DNA from: Candidatus Thorarchaeota archaeon
GTDB lineage: Archaea; Asgardarchaeota; Thorarchaeia; Thorarchaeales; Thorarchaeaceae
Assembly (NCBI GenBank): GCA_016839445.1
Contig: JAEOUG010000108.1
Span: 1-11,632, forward strand
Direction: 5' to 3'
Length of the DNA: 11,632 nucleotides
How positions within the stretch are numbered: the stretch's first letter is position 1; each line of letters starts with the position of its first letter. Of the stretch, positions 1-4,127 are shown one piece after another. Made by a program: the position numbers and the translations under genes. The notes beneath the pieces were generated by a model. The model was not told the DNA's origin. It saw nothing but the letters and a program-made list of their open reading frames with translations, and ran no database searches.

Positions 1-968
1 AACTGAGTCTTTTCAGGATTCAGCCGTAGTGCGCCATGAAAAGCAGCCATTTGCAGTACAAAACAGTTGGGGATTACCTGCGCTAGCTGGGTTTCAAGTC
101 CTAAGAAGTCAGGAGCTTGGAGCTGATACGTTCTGAGCTTGAGAGTGTCCTTCAAGACCCTCAAGTAATCATCATTTTGGCCAGACCGGGATGTGTCAGT
201 CACCAAAACGGCACTGTCTTCCTCTTTGAGACCAAGATTGTGGTGATGACAGAACTCCTCCCGAAGGGACGCTATCCCTCTGGTAATCGAGTATTCGTTG
301 AACTTCATCATGCCAATCTGCGCTGCAACGTAGTTTGGCCCCTCAGAGATGAGATAGATAGGATGCTCCTCACAGGTCAGATCCGAGATGATCTTACCCT
401 CTTGCTCTGCCCAGACAAGCGCCCTTTCATCAAGGCTCTGCAGTCGGCGAAGATCTCGGTCTAGTGCGTCTCCGTAGATGTTATCAAACGTGCTCAACAG
501 ATTCAGGAGGTAAGCCATCGCCGCCGTGGTTGGAGCAGAAGGGCTTGTATCGTAGGTCGGCACATGAGACTTGGTAACCCAGAGTTCATCTGCGTGTTCT
601 GAAGCTGCGCCATCGGGATTGTCAGTCAGAGCCACAGTAGTAGCTCCGCTGGCTCTTGCCCGGGCCAGCGCGTCGATTGTGACCAAACTCCTCCCCGATG
701 CCGTTATACCAACTACTGCCGTGTTCGAGCCAATTGGCACATATCTTGTTTCGTCTGGAGAGAGACACAGTGACTTGATGCCAGCGGATTGCATACACCA
801 CTTACCGAAGTCTGCTACAGCGTATGAATCTCCGCAGCCCACGAAGATGACGGTATCTTTGTCCTGCAAAACACTTGCGGGTGAACGGCTTGCTTCCACA
901 ATGGTTCTAGCAACCGAGGTACTCTGTGCTCGCATTGCACCGTAGCATGTTTCATAGAACTCTGTCAT
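1..968 (-). CDS. Double SIS-domain sugar-phosphate isomerase/deglycase (GlmS C-terminal/FrlB/AgaS-like), 3' end runs off the window
   Basis: Not in the ORF track because it has no stop in the window. Manual translation from ATG at 968 is open to base 1: MTEFYETCYGAMRAQ...VIFVGCGDSYAVA...VVGITASGRSLVTIDALARARASGATTVALTDNPDGAASEHAD...IYLISEGPNYVAAQIGMMKFNE...EEFCHHH. GCGDS, (S/T)xSG(R)S and ALTDNP fit the first SIS domain; GPNY...(M/L)KxxE...EEFxH fits the second. No glutaminase domain. Confidence 0.88.
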   Translation of the reverse strand, partial: MTEFYETCYGAMRAQSTSVARTIVEASRSPASVLQDKDTVIFVGCGDSYAVADFGKWCMQSAGIKSLCLSPDETRYVPIGSNTAVVGITASGRSLVTIDALARARASGATTVALTDNPDGAASEHADELWVTKSHVPTYDTSPSAPTTAAMAYLLNLLSTFDNIYGDALDRDLRRLQSLDERALVWAEQEGKIISDLTCEEHPIYLISEGPNYVAAQIGMMKFNEYSITRGIASLREEFCHHHNLGLKEEDSAVLVTDTSRSGQNDDYLRVLKDTLKLRTYQLQAPDFLGLETQLAQVIPNCFVLQMAAFHGALRLNPEKTQ

Positions 969-1035
969 TCCTGGCACCAGTGTAGTTCATTCACGGCAGC
1001 TTCAAGAAGTTCACGGTGCATGACAGAAAGCAGAG

Positions 1036-1057
1036 AGTGGCGCCCCCGCCGGGATTC
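1036..1057 (-). repeat. Exact 22-bp direct repeat of the tRNA-Asp 3' end (att-like site)
   Basis: AGTGGCGCCCCCGCCGGGATTC at 1036-1057 is identical to 2272-2293, which covers the 3' part of the T-loop, the T-stem, the acceptor 3' strand, CCA and 2 nt of trailer. Confidence 0.95.
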
Positions 1058-1448
1058 AATCATGCAGTTGGTGTTCAACTCCTCCTCCCTTGGACTTGAA
1101 CGCGGAGTAATCAAAGTAAAGGACGAAACAAAGGCCTGTCGCTGCTATTGCAAGCAATGCGATGGAGATTAGACCGAACGCCGCTAACACAATGCCATTC
1201 TCAGAAACTCCCAGGGACATCACAAGAGCAAGCAGAGTGAAAGCTATCCCACTTGCGACGAGCAGAAGCCATCCATTCCTCTCCCCTCTCTTGAAATCAT
1301 TCTCAGCATCGAACTCGTGTACCAGCAAGACGCCCCCAAGTCCGAATGCGATTAGAGTTGTAAGGTAGCAGACCAGCGAACCGTAATCCAGAGCGCAGAC
1401 TAGGAACGAGATGAGCAGAAAGATGATTGTAGCTCCACCGAGAGTCAT
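1056..1448 (-). CDS. Hypothetical membrane protein, about 130 aa, about 4 TM helices
   Basis: Four hydrophobic segments separated by a charged loop (HEFDAENDFKRGERNG). I placed the start at ATG 1448 (preceded by GAGGA) rather than 1604, because the longer ORF runs through the tRNA-like repeat at 1541-1561. Stop TGA at 1056-1058. Start uncertain. Confidence 0.65.
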   Translation of the reverse strand: MTLGGATIIFLLISFLVCALDYGSLVCYLTTLIAFGLGGVLLVHEFDAENDFKRGERNGWLLLVASGIAFTLLALVMSLGVSENGIVLAAFGLISIALLAIAATGLCFVLYFDYSAFKSKGGGVEHQLHD

Positions 1449-1540
1449 TCCTCTGTCCTTCTTCCTGCTAACCGACTCGCCTACGAAAATCACCCAACAG
1501 CTACTGAACTGCAGTGAGATATACATCTTACGAAGAGAGA

Positions 1541-1561
1541 TGGCCCGCCGCCGGGGTTCGA
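1541..1561 (-). repeat. Degenerate tRNA 3'-end copy (second att-like site)
   Basis: TGGC-CCGCCGCCGGGGTTCGA versus tRNA-Asp TGGCGCCCCCGCCGGGATTCGA: 19/22 identical with one gap, same orientation, ends in CCA on the minus strand, followed by a pyrimidine-rich trailer. Confidence 0.7.
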
Positions 1562-1600
1562 TCAGAAGAATTGACTCTATCTCACTTCCACAGGCTGTCA

Positions 1601-1957
1601 TCAATCACTAGTCATCTGGACTTGTGCTAACCAACTCTGTATTTCTTGCCTGACGCTTCCAGCCCGATACCCGGAGATGGCAAGTCCTTCTAGTATTGTT
1701 GCGTTTCCAACCAGTTTCTTGATGTCCGTATTACAGTTTGCCACACCGCCGCCCCCATGAGTCACAAATGGAATCACGTTTTTTCCGGACAGATCATGTT
1801 CTGAGAGAAATGTGGCAACTGGCGGTGCAATAGTACTGTACCAGTTCGGAGAACCAACAAAGATTGTGGCGAACCTCTCGAGATCTATCACCTTCTCTTT
1901 CAGAGGCGGCTTGACACCATGGTCAATCTCTGCTTTACTAACTTTCAGGACTTCTTG
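1601..1957 (-). pseudogene. Flavodoxin (Flavodoxin_4-like), N-terminally truncated
   Basis: QEVLKVSKAEIDHGVKPPLKEKVIDLERFATIFVGSPNWYSTIAPPVATFLSEHDLSGKNVIPFVTHGGGG...EIQSWL matches the family core. The N-terminal FMN-phosphate loop (YxSxxGNT) and the D(L/I)xEI...PYP segment are absent; the upstream sequence is the antisense of another gene. Confidence 0.8.
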
Positions 1958-1960
1958 GTC

Positions 1961-2221
1961 TTCTTGGAGGTGCACCCTGAATTGAGTAGTAGGGTCTTGT
2001 CAGATCAGCTAAAGGGATTAGAGAAACATGGCTACATTGAGAAGAAGCTAGTTACTATGAGCCCCGTTCGTGCCGAATATGTACTAACAGAACTCGGAAG
2101 AGGGCTGAACAAGATGCTTTACGAGAAGGCGATGTTCGCAATCAAGTATGGATTAATCGATAGGAATGATCCCTACTTCAGAGGCAATGACAGAGAGAAA
2201 GCATTTGGCATTGAAGAGTAG
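1961..2221 (+). pseudogene. HxlR-family winged-helix transcriptional regulator, N-terminally truncated
   Basis: FLEVHPELSSRVLSDQLKGLEKHGYIEKKLVTMSPVRAEYVLTELGRGL has the HxlR recognition helix and wing (SxxxLSxxLKxLExxGxI...PxRxEYxLTxxG). It lacks the N-terminal KWxxxI helix. ORF bases 1919-1958 are flavodoxin antisense sequence. Confidence 0.78.
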
Positions 2222-2261
2222 GGGTATCACTCAAACTCGTTTAGCAACTCGTAACCAAGGT

Positions 2262-2273
2262 AAAAGGAAGAAG
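2262..2273 (-). terminator. Pyrimidine/U-rich trailer, possible archaeal terminator of tRNA-Asp
   Basis: Minus strand CTTCTTCCTTTT immediately after CCA. Confidence 0.4.
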
Positions 2274-2305
2274 TGGCGCCCCCGCCGGGATTCGAACCCG
2301 GGTCT

Positions 2306-2338
2306 GTCTCTGTCCCTCTCAACACAATGAGAGAAACT
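2306..2338 (-). other. tRNA-Asp intron 2 (33 nt, non-canonical 43/44)
   Basis: Helix CTCT(38-41)/AGAG, bulges TG|A and AC|A, 10-bp internal stem GTTTCTCTCA/TGAGAGGGAC. Removal restores the AGAC variable loop. The outer helix is weak (relaxed BHB). Confidence 0.85.
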
Positions 2339-2344
2339 CAAGAG

Positions 2345-2373
2345 GTCTGCTTCAAGCGCCAATCCGCTTGGAT
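2345..2373 (-). other. tRNA-Asp intron 1 (29 nt, canonical 37/38)
   Basis: Bulge-helix-bulge (BHB): helix CTGT(32-35)/GCAG, bulges CA|A and AC|C, internal stem CAAGCG/CGCTTG, outer helix is the anticodon stem. Confidence 0.92.
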
Positions 2374-2439
2374 TGACAGTCTTGAATGCTAGGCCGGACT
2401 ACACTACAGGGGCTTCAGCACGCTGCAAAGTCGGTTTTC

Positions 2440-2446
2440 TATTAAA
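2440..2446 (-). promoter_or_regulatory. TATA box of tRNA-Asp
   Basis: Minus strand TTTAATA lies 27-33 nt upstream of tRNA G1, the typical archaeal spacing. Confidence 0.65.
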
Positions 2447-2460
2447 GTTGTCGGAGCAGC

Positions 2461-3441
2461 TTACTTCAGCTTCAGAGCCATTATTGTTTCTCCACCGTTC
2501 TCGTACCATCCCAGCTTCGTATACAAACTATGTCCTCTTGTGTTTGTGACCGCACAGGAGAGGCTCATTGTCTGGTATCCGCTTTGCTTGGCTACATTAG
2601 CAATGTGCCTCATCAGAAACTCGCCGAGGCCGTGTTCTCTATGGTCTGGGTGGACTCCCATCCATTCAACAAGATAGTTACCCTCAATACCGTATGGACG
2701 GGCAAACGAGAATCCCGCAATGTGGGTCCCACTTAGAATGGCAATTGTGGCATCGGTTGCCAGACTCTCCGGTTTAGACCAGGTCTGGAAGTACTGCCTC
2801 CTCTCGTTATCACTCTGATCGAAGAAGAAAGGCGACTGCCCTTGACTGAAGGTTTCGTAGTAACACCTGAACAGATTCTCATGGTCTACTTCTCTGACTG
2901 GAACGATATCATATCCTTCAGGTACGGCAAGGGTTTCAATGGCATGATTCTCTAGTTCATATTCCATGAAGATGTCTCTCTCTCTGATGTTGAAACCGAT
3001 TCTTTGATACATCTCCATTGCGAATCTCTGAAGCGCCCGTGCTGTGGACTCAGAGTGACTTCTGTAGAAGATGATAGACTCGAACTCCCTCTCCACAGCC
3101 CACCTACGAATCCAACTGATCAGGTCCATGCCCACCTCCTCCCGATCCAACTCTGGATTTGGAGATACGAACGGATCCCCTCCAAGCCAAGTCGGATTCA
3201 TCTCCACGCTGGTCCTTGTGACTCCCAGACCAACGAAGCCAACGAGATTGTCTTCCCAGTGATACGTGACCCCCATGTAAGACTGGTCGTCATCACTCTC
3301 GAATTCGGTAAGGTATGATTCAATCTTGGCAGGAGTATTACTCTCTCCCCAGTCTGGATTGCCTGCTGCGAAGATTTCGTAGATCAGCTGGGCTATCCGT
3401 TCAAGATCGAGCATCTCCCAATCTGCAATACTGATGTCCAT
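2461..3441 (-). CDS. Tandem (two-domain) GNAT-family N-acetyltransferase
   Basis: 326 aa. The C-terminal domain has motif A (MGVHPDHREHGLG) and NTRGHSLYTKLGW. The N-terminal domain is a degenerate GNAT (LVGFVGL...PFVSP...REEVGMDLI...MYQRIGF). Substrate unknown. Confidence 0.88.
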   Translation of the reverse strand: MDISIADWEMLDLERIAQLIYEIFAAGNPDWGESNTPAKIESYLTEFESDDDQSYMGVTYHWEDNLVGFVGLGVTRTSVEMNPTWLGGDPFVSPNPELDREEVGMDLISWIRRWAVEREFESIIFYRSHSESTARALQRFAMEMYQRIGFNIRERDIFMEYELENHAIETLAVPEGYDIVPVREVDHENLFRCYYETFSQGQSPFFFDQSDNERRQYFQTWSKPESLATDATIAILSGTHIAGFSFARPYGIEGNYLVEWMGVHPDHREHGLGEFLMRHIANVAKQSGYQTMSLSCAVTNTRGHSLYTKLGWYENGGETIMALKLK

Positions 3442-3513
3442 TGTCCTTCAATCCCAGTGTTCTATACTCATATCCATAGACGGAATATGGTAGTGCTGAA
3501 CACGTAGGATTAG

Positions 3514-3522
3514 TATATAATA
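3514..3522. promoter_or_regulatory. TATA-like element, probably for the GNAT gene
   Basis: TATATAATA (minus strand TATTATATA) about 75 nt upstream of the GNAT ATG, in an AT-rich divergent intergenic region. Confidence 0.4.
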
Positions 3523-3858
3523 CCACAGTAAATCCTGAAACCCCTAAATACCTGAAAGGAGTCCATGTTTCGGGCTATTCAATCGTTTTCCTCACTACGG
3601 GAGCAATCCTTGCCAAGTGACAGAGTAAGTTTATTACTGTCGGAGATGTATGTGCAAGTGGCTCACAGAGCCAAGCCGTCCTTAGATGTTATGCCATTTC
3701 GTCGTTTTATCGTAACCCTTTTATGGCTACAGAATTCCCCGTCCGCTGCTCAGACAGAACTGCTTCCCTCATGCATGGCTGTGTATATCTGACATGAGAC
3801 TTCTTGTCATGCAAGAAGAGGCACTGTGCTATGGGACCTTACCCATCTGACGCGACAT

Positions 3859-3965
3859 GGGCTCGTGGCGCAGCCAGGTAGCGCAGCAGGCTTTTAACCT
3901 GGTGGCCTCGGACTCGCCGAGGTCAGGTGAAAGGGCCGCGGGTTCGAATCCCGCCGAGCCCGCCA
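3859..3965 (+). tRNA. trnK: tRNA-Lys(TTT) with a 28-30-nt non-canonical intron near 43/44, CCA encoded
   Basis: GGGCTCG/CGAGCCC acceptor, GCGC/GCGC D-stem, (G)CAGG-CTTTTAA-CCTG anticodon arm, GCGGG-TTCGAAT-CCCGC T-arm, G73, CCA. There are 36 nt between positions 42 and 49 instead of 6, including the hairpin GGCCTCGG/CCGAGGTC. Confidence 0.92.
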
Positions 3966-4127
3966 CTGTCCGCCATGGCACTAAAGGGTCGGGTTCTGCG
4001 AGAGCAAAACAACAAACGGGGCGGCTATTGCGGCAGATGTGTGAGCTCGGATTTCTGGGTTCCATGCGTTGGGAAGCGTGTATGTCTGCAGTAGTTCCCC
4101 CGTCCTTCACGATCACGGTGTGATTAC

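Larger units (their letters stand above)
1036..2293. mobile_element. Small tRNA-Asp-integrated island or remnant (1236 bp between repeats), no integrase
   Basis: Bounded by 22-bp direct repeats of the tRNA 3' end. It has accessory and truncated cargo and an internal third degenerate repeat. A spot count gives 24/60 GC at 1981-2040 versus 31/60 at 5401-5460 in rpoB. Confidence 0.75.
2274..2413 (-). tRNA. trnD: tRNA-Asp(GTC) with two introns, CCA encoded
   Basis: Spliced: GCCCCTG TA GTGT AGTCCGGCCTA GCAT T CAAGA CT GTC A|C TCTTG|AGAC CCGGG TTCGAAT CCCGG CGGGGGC G CCA. Acceptor, anticodon and T stems pair; G73 discriminator and 4-nt variable loop are typical of archaeal tRNA-Asp. Exons 2413-2374, 2344-2339, 2305-2274. 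Confidence 0.95.

Noticed and set aside
117-945. Plus-strand ORFs 117-464 and 571-945
   Set aside because: Antisense shadows of the minus-strand SIS gene, which has clear family motifs.
990-1016. TTCACGG direct repeat 20 bp apart upstream of the SIS gene
   Set aside because: Only 7 bp. It could be an operator but cannot be told from chance.
1449-1604. N-terminal 52 codons of the 182-aa ORF 1056-1604
   Set aside because: Runs through the tRNA-like repeat (IEPRRRA is its translation) and a trailer-like tract. Probably not coding, although a start somewhat upstream of 1448 cannot be excluded.
2234-2252. AACTCGT repeated twice downstream of tRNA-Asp (possible integrase arm sites)
   Set aside because: Too short, and no matching copy seen near the other att-like repeats.
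1036-2295. CRISPR interpretation of the three repeats
   Set aside because: Spacing is 500-730 bp, the repeats are tRNA-derived and there are no cas genes.
3565-3792. 75-aa plus-strand ORF as a candidate rpoH
   Set aside because: Right size, but no Rpo5 motifs and no recognisable family. Likely non-coding, although a weak GGAG precedes it.
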